Shown: positions 27,490 through 42,298 of the stretch, piece after piece
Layout of the letters: every line of letters starts with the position of its first letter
Position numbering within the stretch: position 1 is the first letter of the stretch
From: the human T2T-CHM13v2.0 reference genome, Homo sapiens
Assembly: GCF_009914755.1 (NCBI RefSeq)
Contig: NC_060927.1
Strand: one strand, 5' to 3'
DNA length: 64,000 nt
Translations under genes and position numbers: made by a program
The notes under the pieces: model-generated
What the model was told of the DNA's origin: nothing
The model's input: only the letters and a program-made list of their open reading frames with translations
The model's database searches: none

Positions 27490-27700
27490 GCACAGCAGAT
27501 TTTGAGAATGTTGAAGTCAGACTCAATTTCAAATCCTAGTTTCACCAGTTACCAGTTGTAAGATCTGGGACAAATAATTTAATGATTTGCAGTCTTAGTT
27601 TTTCTCAGCTGTAAAATGGATCATATCAATAAACTTGTTAGAATTATTGAGATACTTATTATTGAGGTCCATTATACTATAGGCAACTATTATAGTGTTT
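27490..27700 (+). mobile_element. MIR (degenerate)
   Basis: gaagtcagac...ttcaaatcctag...ctcagctgtaaaatgg. Confidence 0.55.
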
Positions 27701-27784
27701 GGCCTATAATAGACATTTTTAATAAGTGATAATGTCAATAAGTTTTTTCACTAAATGTTATAAAACGGTAATATTGTCTCCTAG

Positions 27785-27898
27785 ATTTTGAAGATGCTTA
27801 ACAGCAACACAGAAAGTCCATATTTGATATGGAACAATTCTACAAGAGCAGAATTACTTGAATTTCTTGAATCCCAACAAGAAAACATGATTAAAAAA
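27785..27898 (+). CDS. DNAJC13: Exon 42 [21 protein letters not shown]...MIKK (IWN repeat)
   Basis: cctag|ATT, AAA|gtatgt, 114 nt. Confidence 0.94.
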
Positions 27899-28496
27899 GT
27901 ATGTTATTGTTTTATAAATTTCTTGGGTAATTTATTCTGATGGAATCTCTGGAAGTACAGCAGTATTGATTAGAACAGAAATCCACTACTTCTCACTTTA
28001 GTGTCAGTCAGTATGGCTTTCTGCCACCTAATATTTGGCCCATTTAAGAAGAGCATTGTGTTGTATGTAGTAATACATTAGGAATTTTTATTGTTGTTAC
28101 CACTTATATACAGCTGTCTTCTATTTTAACCAGTTTTTGAACCCAGAAACCTTATTTTAGTTGTTCACTTCAGCCTCTTTTCGCTAGTAAGTGAAAGGTG
28201 CTTTCCAGTATCAAGACTGAACATTTTTTCTACCCTGCCACCTTTTAGTGGAGAAGCTATTACTGAGCCGTGAAAAAAAAACAAAAGGCAGTAGGATGGG
28301 CAATAAGGAGAAGACCTGGATAATCCATACACTAGATGGTTGAGTCTTGATGATTTTGAAGATAATTATGTGTGTGGCTTTGGAAATTAGAGTAACTATT
28401 ACTGTAACATCTCAGTTATTTAGCGTTTTTGAGCTCATTCCATGTTAGTCATCTAGAACTCTTTATAGATAAAATTTTTGAGAATTGCAGAGCTAG

Positions 28497-28864
<368 letters not shown>

Positions 28865-28941
28865 TAGACATAATAACATCTCTTTGTTTAGCATTTTATA
28901 ATTTATTCTATACTTTTACGTGTTATTTTAGTCCAATCTAA

Positions 28942-29337
<396 letters not shown>

Positions 29338-29724
29338 TAGTGTATTACTTTTTAAAACCCAGTCCAAATATGCTCATTTCTCAGCTCTGTCATCCTACGT
29401 CTTACTAGGTCTGATGTCTGCTGAGTTGATTGAGAAGAATAAAGCGTCATACTTGCTTTATAAACTCTGGCTCTAAGACCTTTGTTAGCTGACCTCTGAT
29501 CCTTTGAAATTTTAAAATGAGTTAATAATAGTAATATTTGGGATAAAAAATTATAATGTAATTGTATGCCTATTCCAAAGTCTTTTTAAGTGCTGTGACA
29601 TGTATCACACCACATTTTTTCTCTAGAATATGCATAGATCTCTCAAGTTATTTATCTGTTAAGTTATTAAACTGAACATGGATAGATTTACATCTAACAG
29701 TCTATTTTTTCATCTTTTAAAAAG

Positions 29725-29841
29725 GGTGATTGTGACAAAACTTATGGATCAGAATTTGTCTACAGTGATCATGCCAAAGAACTTATTGTAGGGGAGATTT
29801 TTGTTAGGGTGTATAATGAAGTTCCTACTTTCCAACTGGAG
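29725..29841 (+). CDS. DNAJC13: Exon 43 [39 protein letters not shown]
   Basis: aaaag|GGT, GAG|gtaagc, 117 nt. Confidence 0.93.
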
Positions 29842-29920
29842 GTAAGCTCTCTGCTTTTAATTTTACCTGATACCTTTGATCATTTGTTACTGAAAGTTAC
29901 TAGTTTATTCACACTTTATA

Positions 29921-32442
29921 GAGGCACACTTCATTTTATTGCACTTTCTTTACTGTGCTGCTTTTTTTTTTTTTAACAAATCAAAGGTTTTTGGCAACCC
30001 TGTGCCAAGCAAGCCTATTGGCACCATTTTTCCAATAGCATGTGTTCACTTCATGTCTCTGTGTCACATTTTGGTAATTCTCTCAATATTTCACACTTTT
30101 TCATTATCACATTATGGTGATCTGTGATCAGTGATGTTGCTCTTGCTAATTGTTTACATAAGATCGTGAAGTTCATCAATAGTGAACTTCATCAATAAAT
30201 GTATGTGTTCTGATTGTTCCACCAACCAGTCATTCCTTGGTCTCCCTCTCCTCTGGCCTCCCTATTCCCTGAGTCAACAATATTGGAATTAGGCCAGTTA
30301 ATAACCCTGCAACGGCCTCTAGGTGTTCAAGCGAAAGGAAGAGTCACAGGTCTCTCACTTTAAATTAAAAGCTAGAAATGATTAACCTTGATGAGGAAGG
30401 CTTGTCAGAAGGTTAAATAGGCCGAAAGCTATGCCTCTTGTGCCACACAGCCAAGTTGTGAATGCAAAGGAAAAGTTCTTGAAGGAAATTAAAAGTGCTC
30501 CTCCAATGAATACATGAATGACAAGAAATTGAAACAGCCTTATTGCTGATATATGGAAAGTTTTAATGATTTGGATAGAAGATCAGACCAGCCACAACAT
30601 TCCCATAAGACAAAGGCTAATTGAGAGCAAGGCTGTAACTCTCTTCAATTCTGTGAAGGCTGAGATAGAGGGTAAGGAAGCTGCAGAAGAAAAGTTTGAA
30701 GCTAGGGGGGATTGGCTCATGAGGTTTAAGGAAAAAAACTGTCTCCATAACCTAAAAGTGCAAGGTGAAGCAGCAAGTGCTGATGGAGAAGCTGCAGCAA
30801 ATTACCCAGAAACTTAGCTAAGATAATTGAAGGTCACTACACTAAACAAGTTTCTAATGCCTTCTATTGGGAGAGCTTGCCATCTAGGATTTAGCTAGAG
30901 AGGAGCAATGTCTGGCTTCAAAGCTTCGAAGGACAAGTTGACTGTCTTGGTAGAGGCTTATGCAGCTGCTGACTTTTAAGTTGAAGCCAGTGCTCATTTA
31001 CCCTTCTGAAAATCCTAGGAACTTTGAGAATGATAAATCTGTTCTCACTTATAGGTAGAGGCTAAACAGTGGGTACTTATGGACATAAAAGTGGCTATAA
31101 TAGACACTGGAGACTACTAGAGGGAAGAGGGGGGTGGTCAAGGTTGAAAAACTATTGGGTACTGTACTCAGTACCTGGGTGACAGTCATACCCCAAACTT
31201 CAGTATTCCAGGTAACAAGCCTGTACATGTACCCCCGAATCTAAAACAAAAGTTGAAATTATTTTTAAAAAATTATGCTAAATCTGCCTGTGCTCTATAA
31301 ATGGAAGAACAAAGCCTATATGACAACACGTCTGTTTATGGCATGTTTTACCAAATATTTTAAGCCCACTGTGGAGACCTACTGCTCAGGAAAAAAAGAG
31401 CTTTCAAAATACTACTGCTCGTTGGCAATGCACCTGGTCACCCAAGAGCTCCGATGGAGATGTACAAGGAGATTAATGTTTTCATGCCTGCTAATACAAC
31501 ATCCATTTTGCAGCCCATGGATCAAGGAGTAATTTCAACTTTTACATCTTGTTATTTAAAACATACATTTCAAACAGCTGTAGCTGCCATAGATAGTGAT
31601 TCCTCTAATGGATGTGGGCAAAGCAAATTGAAAACCTTCTGGAAAGGATTCACCTTTCTAGATGCGTAAGAGCATTTGTGATTCATGGGAGGAGGTAAAA
31701 ATATCAGTATTAACAGGAGCTTGGAAGAAATTGTTTCCAGCTCTCATGGATGACTTTGAGAAGTTCAAGATTCCAGTGGAGGAAGTCACTGCAGATGAGC
31801 TGGAACTAGCAAGAGAGCTAGAATTAGAAGTAGATCCTGAATATGTGACTCAATTGCTGCAATCTCATTATAAAACTTGAAGAGAAAAAGGGGTTGCTTC
31901 TTGTGGATAAGCAAAGAAAGTGGTTCTTGAGATGAAATCTTGTGAAGATGCTGTGAACATTGTTAAAATGACAAAAGATTTAGTATATTACATAAACTGA
32001 GTTGATAAAGCAGCAGCAGGGTTTGGGAAGATTGACTTCAATTTTGAAAGAAATTCTCCTGTGGATAAAATGTTGTCAAACAGATCACATGCTACAAAGA
32101 AATCTTTCATGAAAGGAAGAGTCAGCTGATAGAGCAGACTTCTTTGTTTTACTTTGGGAAGCCACCCCAACCTTCAGCAACCACCACCCTGATTAGTCAG
32201 CAGCTGTCAACATCAAGGTGACATTCCCACCAGCAAAAAGATTGACTTGCTGAAGGCTCAGATGATTGTTAGCATTTTTCAGTTAAGGTATGCACGTAGT
32301 TTTTTTTAGACATGATACTATTGTACACTTAATAGACCACAGTATAATGTAAAAATAACTTTTATATGCACTGGGAAACCAAAAAATTAGCTTTATTTTG
32401 GTGATCCAGAACTGAACCCACACTATCTCTGAGGTGTGCCTT
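29921..32442 (+). mobile_element. Near full-length Tigger1 (TcMar) DNA transposon with decayed transposase
   Basis: Degenerate TIRs gaggcacacttc...gaggtgtgcctt with TA on both flanks; transposase fragments [11 protein letters not shown] (30566), [18 protein letters not shown] (31454), ELELEVDPE (31662). Confidence 0.9.
31041..31270 (+). mobile_element. 5'-truncated L1 (old L1PA/L1PB) 3' end inserted in Tigger1
   Basis: gttctcacttata...tgtacccccgaatctaaaacaaaagttgaa; degenerate TSD atg(a/c)taaatct. Confidence 0.8.
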
Positions 32443-32875
32443 TACACCGAAATAATACCAAATGCTTGTGATGGGGTGACCACTGACAGCTTGTGAGCCT
32501 CTTTATCTTGATTGTTGAAGAATTGAATTTTGTGAAGTTTATTCATAAGAAGTTGTTCCTTGCCCAGCTTTTTCTTATATTTTGTGCCTACTGCTATCCC
32601 ACTGGGCCATGTTTATATGCCTTTAACTCACTAGTCCTTCATGGACGTACAAGGCCAGTTACATGCTCATTTCATCACAAGGGATATCAGACCACCAGAC
32701 ACAAGGCTTCCTCTGGCCAATATTAGGAGAAAATATAGGTTGAAAATAAAGATTTTTTTAGAAGATGACTGGAGTCACATCAGATCATCTTTTGTGATGA
32801 TTCCTCATCACTTCCAGAAGCAGCTGAGGAGCTTCTTCTGAGTGCTTGGGGATCATATAGGGAGTTTTTGCTTTC

Positions 32876-33010
32876 ATTTTTTGTTTTTTCTATTTAAAGA
32901 CGGGTCTCACTGTCTTGCCCAGGCTGGTCTCAAACTCCTGGCCTCAAGCAGTCCTCCTGTCTCAGCCTCCCAAGTAACTGGGATTACAGGTTCAAGCCAC
33001 TGCCCCTGGC
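32876..33010 (-). mobile_element. FLAM (free left Alu monomer)
   Basis: Single monomer with ctcctggcctcaagcagtcctcc. Confidence 0.8.
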
Positions 33011-33553
33011 TTGTAGGAGGTGGCAAAGAGGATTTGGTGGTTGATTTGTTTGTAAAAAGGAAAGAAGTGAGGCTTTGTTTTAGAGTTTACTCTTAGAGGA
33101 AAAATGTACTATGCCATAATGTATATCACGTATCACAGAGTAATATATACGTAAATAGCTATTAAGCAGAATGAGTTAAGTGACTTGTGACGTCCCTTTG
33201 AAAATTGTCCTTTGAATTTCTAAATTTTATATAACAATTATAAAAATATAACCAAATTTTAGAAGTTCTGTATCATACTATCTGTTACTTCGATTGATAA
33301 AGGGAGGAGGTATTCTAATCTCAGAATTGTTACACTAAGATACTAATGGGAGTATATCAGATCTCTGGAAGTTGAGAAATACTTTATAATGTTTCCTGCC
33401 CTCTACATCCCCCCTATAGTGCATAGGTGTATTCATGTGTATGTATAATTTAATCATGTTTTATTCACTTTCATAGCTTAAAGTTCTTTCTTTTGCTATG
33501 GAGTTATTTCTTAGGGCACCCATGTTGTTTAAATACTTGTCTGCATTGATTAG

Positions 33554-33731
33554 GTTCCAAAAGCATTTGCTGCAAGTCTCTTGGATTATATAGGCTCGCA
33601 GGCCCAATACTTGCACACATTCATGGCCATCACACACGCGGCAAAAGTGGAGTCAGAGCAACATGGAGATCGCTTACCGAGAGTAGAAATGGCTTTGGAG
33701 GCTCTGAGAAATGTCATAAAATACAATCCAG
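33554..33731 (+). CDS. DNAJC13: Exon 44 [12 protein letters not shown]...LRNVIKYNP
   Basis: ttag|GTT, G|gtatgt, 178 nt. Confidence 0.94.
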
Positions 33732-35494
33732 GTATGTGACTACACCTTTGATCAATAAGACTCGTATAATACAGGAGCCCTAAAAATTCCAATAATCAAT
33801 TTTATCAGGGAAACTCAGGGAAAATTATACTTGGTTATAATGTATTAATATAACATTACAGGGAATTGACCCTGTAATAGTTTTACAATAAAAGTTAAGC
33901 TGGGGAGAGAGGTCAAGGCACTATGTTTAGAAAAATTCATGTCTTTATGAGAACATGTGTCTAAATGAGTTGAAAAGGCAGAATAGTTTGATAGTATAAA
34001 ATTTCACATTGATGTCTTAAGTTAACATATCAAGTATAAGTGCTTGAATTAGATTTATTTAATAATAAGTGATCTAATTTTTGCCTCCTTTCTGGTCCCT
34101 AACCAGTGCCATGTGCATATGGGCACTGATATTTTTCAAAAATTGCCTGAAGTTTTTGGTGTATAAAAATTGAAATAAAGATATGAGAGTTCCTACTCTT
34201 AATCATCTTTAAGAGGACATTTCCAAAAACATTACTCTAGCCTGACTCCAGGGAGATGGATGAGTGAAAATGTAACAGCTTCTCTCAACTCTAACTTAGA
34301 TAATAAATATAGAACATAAACCTAAAATGATACAAATTCAATTTAAATTACTCGATCTTTTAAAATAACATTGAACATTACCTTTCAAGTACATTTTTAC
34401 TCTTCTTAGTATGTATTAAAGTACTGTTAAAATTCTGACTTTTGGGTTATTGCCAAAAAGTTATTTAAATAAAATAACAGTAATTAAATATTGGGAAAAT
34501 TACGCATTTACAAGATGTACATTGGGATGTTATTAAAGACAGTGTTATAAAATCTGAAGAAAACTTGTCTTTTATTTGGAGTTGTCAAAGTGTCGAATAT
34601 TACTAGTGGTATGTTAGGTACAAAGAAATTGTAGCAGAGCAGACTATTGATTTGGAACTTGTAAAGAGTTGAAGAAAGGCCTGTGCAGAAATCCTTCTGA
34701 TAATATCCATCAAGTTTATTAGAATTAACTCTCTCGTAATTTAGAAGTATGGTTTGTGTGTCATTGATGTATTTGACAGTTATTCCCTATCAATAAGTGG
34801 TTTGAAAATGAATTTAAAAGCAACATATTTATAGAATATTCTCAGACTCTTTAAGTTGAAGGAGTCTTACTGAGCTATCTTAAGAATCCTCAAAAGATAA
34901 GAAATTACACTGTATGTTTTACTACCATATAGAAGAGGAAGAATATGCTGAACAAAACGGAAGTAAATATATGGGATTAGGATTTGAGGTGGGTAGGAAT
35001 GGAAATACCATTTCATTTTATGTATTTTCACAAGGAGTGCTTTGTATATTCATACCAGTTTGTTTGTATTATAGTTAAGTGGCAGAGTTCTAACCTAGTC
35101 TTATTTAAAAGCCAAATCATGTCAGAGTCTCCCAGAATATAATTAGGTTGAGGGGGGTAACCCTAAGGTCTAGAGGTAGAGTGAAATTACTACCTTACAC
35201 TTTAGATTTTTGAGCTATATTTGGATTGTTTATTTGATAAAGGTCTTAGCCTGAGGGTTAGGGGTGGGGATGGGAATGAAAACAAAGTAAACCTAAAAAG
35301 CTCTAACACCTTACATTTTGCCTTTTAAGACTTATTGTTCCTTAGAGGTCCTCCACTTACTTCATGTCACAGATGTTTAGAACCAGTTATCAGAGACTTA
35401 AAATTGACAGTAAACAACAGTGTATATCGGTTTTCTGAAGTTAAATAATTTCAAACATCTCCTGGAAGTAAACCATTTTATTCTTATTCTCTAG

Positions 35495-35586
35495 GTTCTG
35501 AGAGTGAATGCATTGGGCACTTTAAGTTGATATTTTCTCTTCTCCGAGTTCATGGAGCTGGTCAAGTGCAGCAGTTGGCTTTAGAG
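35495..35586 (+). CDS. DNAJC13: Exon 45 [13 protein letters not shown]...QQLALE
   Basis: ctag|GT, GAG|gtaaaa, 92 nt. Confidence 0.94.
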
Positions 35587-37057
35587 GTAAAAGCGTTTTG
35601 TACTAAAGCGTGTTGCCTTTCCTACCACTTACCATGTGTAATTTGAGTCTCTATCAGTCATTGTCTGAAGTTGAAGTGTGCTTTTTTGTTGCATCATTTT
35701 GCCTATTAAGACACATCAATATTTTTTGAAATTTGAATTAACATGCTCAATTTGAAGAGTGAATATTGCACAATTGCACAATGTCGTTCTAAGTGGTTCT
35801 CTTTCTGTTATGCGTTAGGGCTTGGGATAGTGTTGTACAGTGTCAGGTATGAGTTAAGAATGGGCTTTACTGGGGAAGCTTAGAAGCCACACATCAGCAA
35901 GAAGATGATAGAGGGTTTCTGATTGCTGTGTTCCTATGGAGAGACATACTGAGGCCATATCTGTTAGCTACATACTGTGGGTTTGCATTTCAGAGGAGTG
36001 ATCCTTGTCCCTCCCCCGCAGTTGAAACTCCCTTCTTACAAATCTAGTACAAGAGCTACCTTTTCTGTGAGGGTTACAGACAGACACCTGGGTATGCTGC
36101 TGTTATAGGAGTTGCCTAAAAAGGCCAACTGCCAGAACCCATGGGTCTTAAGAGTCCAAGAGAAGTTGGAGTCCCCTTGTTCAGGATATTGAAGCCACTG
36201 GTCCCATAGGATGCTGTTTAGATGTAGCCTTTTCTTCTGAGAGAAGCAAGAAGTCCCTAGTCACAAGTAGTTCTTTGCCCAGGCAACCGAGACTTCCCAG
36301 GATTATTTCTGAGATCTTGCTCTTTGTGACACACAGTTTATTGCAAAGAACACCAAATGCAACCCTGCAGTAACAGGTATATAGATGGTTTATGAATAAT
36401 TTGTGTAACATGTTCTTAGATAACATTTTGGCTTAAAACAGATTTTTAATAGAATAAAAAAACTTTAAATTGGTCAAAGAGCTTAACAAGCAAGTTATTT
36501 AAATCGAAAAACATGTTTTCCTACTTAATTCCTTCAAGCATCTTGTAACTTTTTAAATAAACGTCATTAAATGTAGGATATGTTGCACTGAGACGCTGAC
36601 CAATGATGTTTAGATGTATACTCTCAAAGATGTGAGTGGTCATCCTTTCTGAAAGAAAAACATACCTATTTCTTTATAATAGAAACATAACCCCAATCTA
36701 TTGTGCAGGGTACTGAAGACATTTGCTTTTTTCCTCTAAAAGTAAGAGTCCCAGTAGTGAGAATCATTATTTTCCTAATCACCAGCCCCTATCCAAACTC
36801 TGTAATTGGAAAACACTATAGTATATACCTTAGTTCTGGAGCATGTATGGGTATAGGATTGAAGGCTTCTTAGAAACCTCAAGGTATTATTTCCAAAGAG
36901 ATTAATAAAGGCAATCTTTTAAAATTAAACTCTTATCTAAAAACTAAATGTTTCATCCCCCAAACATTTGTCTCACTTGTACAGTCTATATGACCTAATT
37001 TGATTTAGGTTCAAAATTATTTCTGAAACTTTTACTATCCTGTTGATTAATTTTCAG

Positions 37058-37157
37058 GTTGTGAATATAGTGACATCTAACCAAGACTGTGTCAACAATA
37101 TTGCTGAATCAATGGTTTTGTCCAGTTTATTGGCTCTTCTACATTCATTGCCATCAA
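37058..37157 (+). CDS. DNAJC13: Exon 46 [12 protein letters not shown]...HSLPS
   Basis: ttcag|GTT, A|gtatgt, 100 nt. Confidence 0.93.
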
Positions 37158-38629
37158 GTATGTATACAGATGGAATTTTGGAAACCACAGCAAGATTAGC
37201 CCATGGAAAGGAGTTGTTGCATAGTTGATACAAAACCTCAAACAAATGTCATCTATGTTTAGTTTTAAAGTGTTATTTACACTAGATTTGTCTTCCTAAT
37301 AATGTTTTACATACGTTACTGTCTTGCATTTCCTATGTCAAAAGTTGAAAGTTGCGGGTGAGAGAGGTCCAAAACCAAAGGAAAATAACCTGGGATTTTC
37401 AGTTTGTTGAGATCTACACATGGGTAATTGAGAATTAACTAATATTTCATGGTTTACTAAACATAAGTAATCTTGGATGATAGAAAACATGCTTAAGATA
37501 CAGATGGCCTTGTATTCAGCTTAGTGTTCAAATCTGTGTACTTTGTCTTTTGCTGATTTTATATTAATAAGATAAAATACCAAGGTGGTTTAAAAAATAT
37601 ATCAACCTTATTTCCTGAACACAGCCTGCCCTAATCTATATAATTACCTAGTCTAATAGTTTATAGTTGTGCTAAAACCAACCCTGAGATTGCTTTTCAA
37701 AGGCAGGAATATTGAGTTTGTAGGCAATTACAATATAACTTCAAACTCAGCAATAACCAGAATACATTGCTTAGTTGGCTTTGCCAATCCCTTTGAAGTC
37801 ACATTAATCTAGAATTCATGTCTGTCCACCTCCTTAAGAGAAGGAACCGTGTCGTTCATCTTATATACCAGTGGCTTGCTTATGTTTGGTGTTTATGTTT
37901 GGTAAATTGAGTTGAATTTCCATGGAAATTTTTTTTTTTCAATACATGATATGCTTGAAACAGGTCTTTAAAATGGCAGCTTTGTAAAGTCATTTGCAGA
38001 TTGTTTTTATCATACCTGCAACCTTAGTTGGTTTTCTTTTTTCTTGGTTTTCAGTAGCTTTGTGAGACTTCAAACAATGTAAAACTAAACTGGTTGGTGA
38101 AGTAAAGGATGTTATGGAACTCATAATTTTTAAAAGTGTAACTTTATACTTATATAGTCCAGTCAATATTTTAGTCTTACAGGGAAAATAGCTGGCATCC
38201 AGATATTTTAGCCTACTCTCTATCATTAAGACTTCAGACTAAATTATCTTACACTGTTTGCTAAGGTACATTGTTACTGTTCTTGTTGTTTTCATCTCAG
38301 CCTAATACTTTGCAGCCTCTACCTTATTTGCCAACACTTTATTCCTTTGGCAACCTGTCTGTCATTCCCATTTGACTCTAGAAGAGTTAAGTCCAGTAAC
38401 CTATACTTGCATATAATATGGTAGTGACTGGGTGAGAGGCACACAGGCTTTGTCCAGAAGGATGCAATTATGTCTTAGAATGGAACCCGGTCTTACAACT
38501 GCTACTTCCTACTTTTTCCCTCAAGACAGTAGCACCAGGTAAAAATCTTAGATGCCTGATTAGAGTGTCCTCTGGGTGTCAGGAAATCAGATTTTTGGAT
38601 GTGCAGTGCACAATGAGGTAGGAAGACGG

Positions 38630-38868
38630 GGTTTTATAGTGGTTATGAATATGGACTTTGGAGTCAGACCTGCATACAAAACTCACCTGTACCACTTATT
38701 AGCTGTGAGACCTTGGGCTGGTTAAACTGGGCATCAGCTTCCTCACTCATAACATGGCCATGAAAATACCTGTCTCACTGGTTATTATGAGGATTAAATA
38801 TGACATCCTGTGTAGAACATCTAGTTAAGTGCCTGGCACAGAGCTGGTGCCAAGTAAATATAAGCTAA
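38630..38868 (+). mobile_element. MIR, near full length
   Basis: tagtggttatga...ctttggagtcagacctg...ccacttattagctgtgagaccttgggc...gaggattaaat...gtgcctggcaca. Confidence 0.8.
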
Positions 38869-38907
38869 CCTGATGATGCATTCCTTGAAATGTCTTTTAC
38901 TCTGCAG

Positions 38908-38982
38908 GTCGTCAGCTTGTTCTGGAAACTCTTTATGCTTTGACATCGAGTACAAAAATAATCAAAGAAGCAATGGCAAAGG
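38908..38982 (+). CDS. DNAJC13: Exon 47 [24 protein letters not shown]
   Basis: tgcag|GT, G|gtaatg, 75 nt. Confidence 0.94.
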
Positions 38983-39189
38983 GTAATGTATAGAGTGCTT
39001 TCTTAGCTAGTCATGTGCAATATAATGAAGCTTATTTTGAGCTGCATTTTACAGCCTGATAAACTAGAAGAATGCTTTGGAATGTTTACAGTTTTTAAAA
39101 ACTACATTCAGTTGAAATATGGTTGAAAATGAATTCTGATTAGAAAAGTCAAATTCTTTATAAGCACTAATTATCTTTTTCCTTCATAG

Positions 39190-39302
39190 GTGCTTTGATC
39201 TATTTACTGGATATGTTCTGCAATTCAACACATCCACAGGTTCGAGCCCAAACAGCAGAACTTTTTGCCAAAATGACAGCAGATAAACTGATAGGTCCAA
39301 AG
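39190..39302 (+). CDS. DNAJC13: Exon 48 [10 protein letters not shown]...DKLIGPK
   Basis: catag|GT, AAG|gtaggc, 113 nt. Confidence 0.94.
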
Positions 39303-40004
39303 GTAGGCACAAAATAAGTTCTTGAAAGGAAATTAATTATTAAAGCATTGTTACTTTGATACTGATTTCAAGAAGTTTACTGAAATCTGAGATGGTGAGG
39401 ATAAGGAAATGAGGTGATGTGAAAGTTGGAAAATTGACATTCCGGGAATTGTTCCTATGTATTACTGTTTGAGAAAACTAGAGTCAGGGCAGGCTGTACT
39501 GGAATTGAAAAGTCTTAAGAGAATGTTTGGATTAAGATACACTGTTCATCTCCCTCGAAGAGGGAACAAAAAGTATATCAAGACTATGACAGAAGATAGG
39601 TTAGACTTTCACACTACAAGGATTGGCCTGTAGAAATAACTAGTGAAGGAGATGGTGGTTTGTGTATTTTACATTCCACACCTGAATTATTAAGGACATG
39701 CCACCCTCAGCAGTGAATTCATATAGGGGCATGAGTGTAACAACACTTCTGGCTTCCAACTCTGCAGGGAGATCTTTTATTCCAAATCTGGAGATAACCG
39801 GATGATCTCTGGATCCATGGTCCAGTTTGGAGAGCAGGATACCTGTTAAAACAATAGTTCTGAATAGAATTTCATTCAGGTGCAAGTGGTATCAATGTCC
39901 CTTTATTTTGTTACTAAGTCAGTTTCACAAGTAGTACTCACTGAAGAGTCCTCTGTGCCTGCCCACAAAGCAGCCCCTTAGTCATAGGGAGAACATGAAA
40001 TAAA

Positions 40005-40130
40005 GGCTCAGGAGTCCTACTTTCAGAGTTTGATTCAGTAGATCTAGGGTGGGGCCCAGGAGTCTCCATTCTTAACATGCTTCCAAAGTGATTCTTTTGA
40101 AGCCTATTCGGACTGATATTTAGGGATCAT
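40005..40130. mobile_element. MER5-like fragment
   Basis: tgattcagtagatctagggtggggcccagga...ttaacatgcttcca. Confidence 0.6.
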
Positions 40131-40527
40131 TATTCAAGCAAGTCCACAAAGGCACTTTGGGTAAGGGGGAGGCTAAGATCCCCTACCTCTATCTAAAGCC
40201 AGGGTGGCTTCCTTTGTACACATTGTGCCTCCATGTAAAGTTCAGTTTGAAAAAAAAAGTCCGAGGCTAATTAAACACTTTTTACATTAATAAAACAAAT
40301 TGAATTCAGTTGTTTTCTTGCTCGATCTCTCAGTCTAGGTATTGAGAATCTGTCATAGGACCTGAAACAGTTTTACTTTAGTAATAAGTTAATAGTCTTC
40401 TGCAGGGTTGATGAGACAAGCAAGATTACATTTGGAAGCCTACAGGAGGGTCTATAAAATAGTTAATATTGAATTTCCTTAAAGCTAGAGCTAGGTAGCA
40501 CATAACTGTAATATCTAATATTAGTTA

Positions 40528-40655
40528 TTTTTTCTTTATTAATTTTTTTTATTTATTATTATACTTTAAGTTTTAGGATACATGTGCACAACGTGCAGGT
40601 TTGTTACATATGTATACATGTGCCATGTTGGCGTGCTGCACCCATTAGCTCGTCA
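40528..40655 (-). mobile_element. L1PA 3' end (~125 bp, 5'-truncated)
   Basis: ttattattatactttaagttttagg.tacatgtgcacaacgtgcaggtttgttacatatgtatacatgtgccatg. Confidence 0.9.
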
Positions 40656-40842
40656 ATAGTGTTTTAGACGCTTAAGTATGTACTGGAATTGACTGAGCTC
40701 TTTGGTTATATTTCTGACCTTTGAAATACGTGAGGGACAAATTTTATCAAGCTGACTGTTCTTACACTTAAACTTTCTGTATAGACAAAACACAAGTATC
40801 AACACCTTAATTGCAAGAGATTCTAGAACCGGGGTCGGTAAA

Positions 40843-41141
<299 letters not shown>

Positions 41142-41144
41142 AAA

Positions 41145-42270
41145 TTTTTTTTTCCTTTTTGGTAACAGTTTTCTTGAGATATTAATATCATTGACATACC
41201 ATACAGTTCACACATATCTAGTGTACAATTCAGTGGTTTTTAGTATATTCACAGATTGAGCGATCATAATCAATTTTAGGTTTGATTTTCATCAACCCAA
41301 AAAGAAACCCTATTTCTATTAGCAGTCACTGTCCATTCTTCCTTTCCCCTAGCACCTGACAACCACTGATCTATTTCCTTCTGGATAGATTTGCCGAATG
41401 CTGGGCATTGTATATAAATGGAATCATACTATGTATGGTCTTTTGTGACTGGCTTCCGTTGTTTTCATCTATGTTGTAGCAAGTGTTAGTAAATTTATTT
41501 TTATTGCCAAATAGTATTCTGTGTTTTGGTATCCATTTATCTCAAAGGACACATGGATTGTTTCTATTTTTTGGCTCTGCTAAATTACACTACTGTGAAC
41601 ATTTGTGTACAGGTTTTTGTGTGGACATGTGTTTTTGTTAGGAGTGAAATTTCTGGGTCATATGGTAACATTATGTTAAACCTTTTGAGGAATTGTCAGA
41701 TTGTTTTCCAAAGTAGCTCTACCATTTTCCATTCCCCTAGCAATGTATTTATCATCTTCTTCTCTAACGCTTGTTATATCTTTTATTACAACCATCCTAG
41801 TAGGTATGATGTGTTACATCATGGTTTCGATCTGCATTTCCCTGGTGGCTAATGTTTTCATGTGCTTATTGGCCATTTGTACAACTTTTTAAGAGAAATG
41901 TTTATTTACATCCTTCACTAATTTTTAAATTGAGATTATTTATATTTTTATTATTGAGTTGTAATTGTTATGTTTTAGATACTAGTCCCTTATTATAGGT
42001 ATGATTTTCAAGTATTTTTTCACATTTTCCTGATTGTTTCTCCACTTTCTTGGTGGTGCCCTTTGAAACACAAAAATTTTTAATTTTGAGGAGATCCAGT
42101 TTATTTTTTGTTTGGCTTGTTCTTTTTATGTCATATCTAAGAAACCATTGCCTAATCCAAGGTTACAAAGATTTATGGCTATGTTTTCTCCTCATTTTTA
42201 TAGTATTAGCTCTTAGGTTTATGTTTTTGATCCATTTGAGTTAATTTTTATCCATGGTGTGAGATAGGGG
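41145..42270 (-). mobile_element. L1M (L1MB-like) 3' fragment
   Basis: gtgtacaattcagtggtttttagtatattcacaga, aatggaatcatac, ctgggtcatatggtaac, tgatccatttgagttaattttt. Confidence 0.8.
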
Positions 42271-42298
42271 TGGGCCAGTAAACTTTCTCTATGAAGGG

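Noticed and set aside
30566-31880. Transposase-like ORFs as a possible domesticated TIGD gene
   Set aside because: Fragmented by stops, frameshifts and an L1 insertion inside an ordinary Tigger1.
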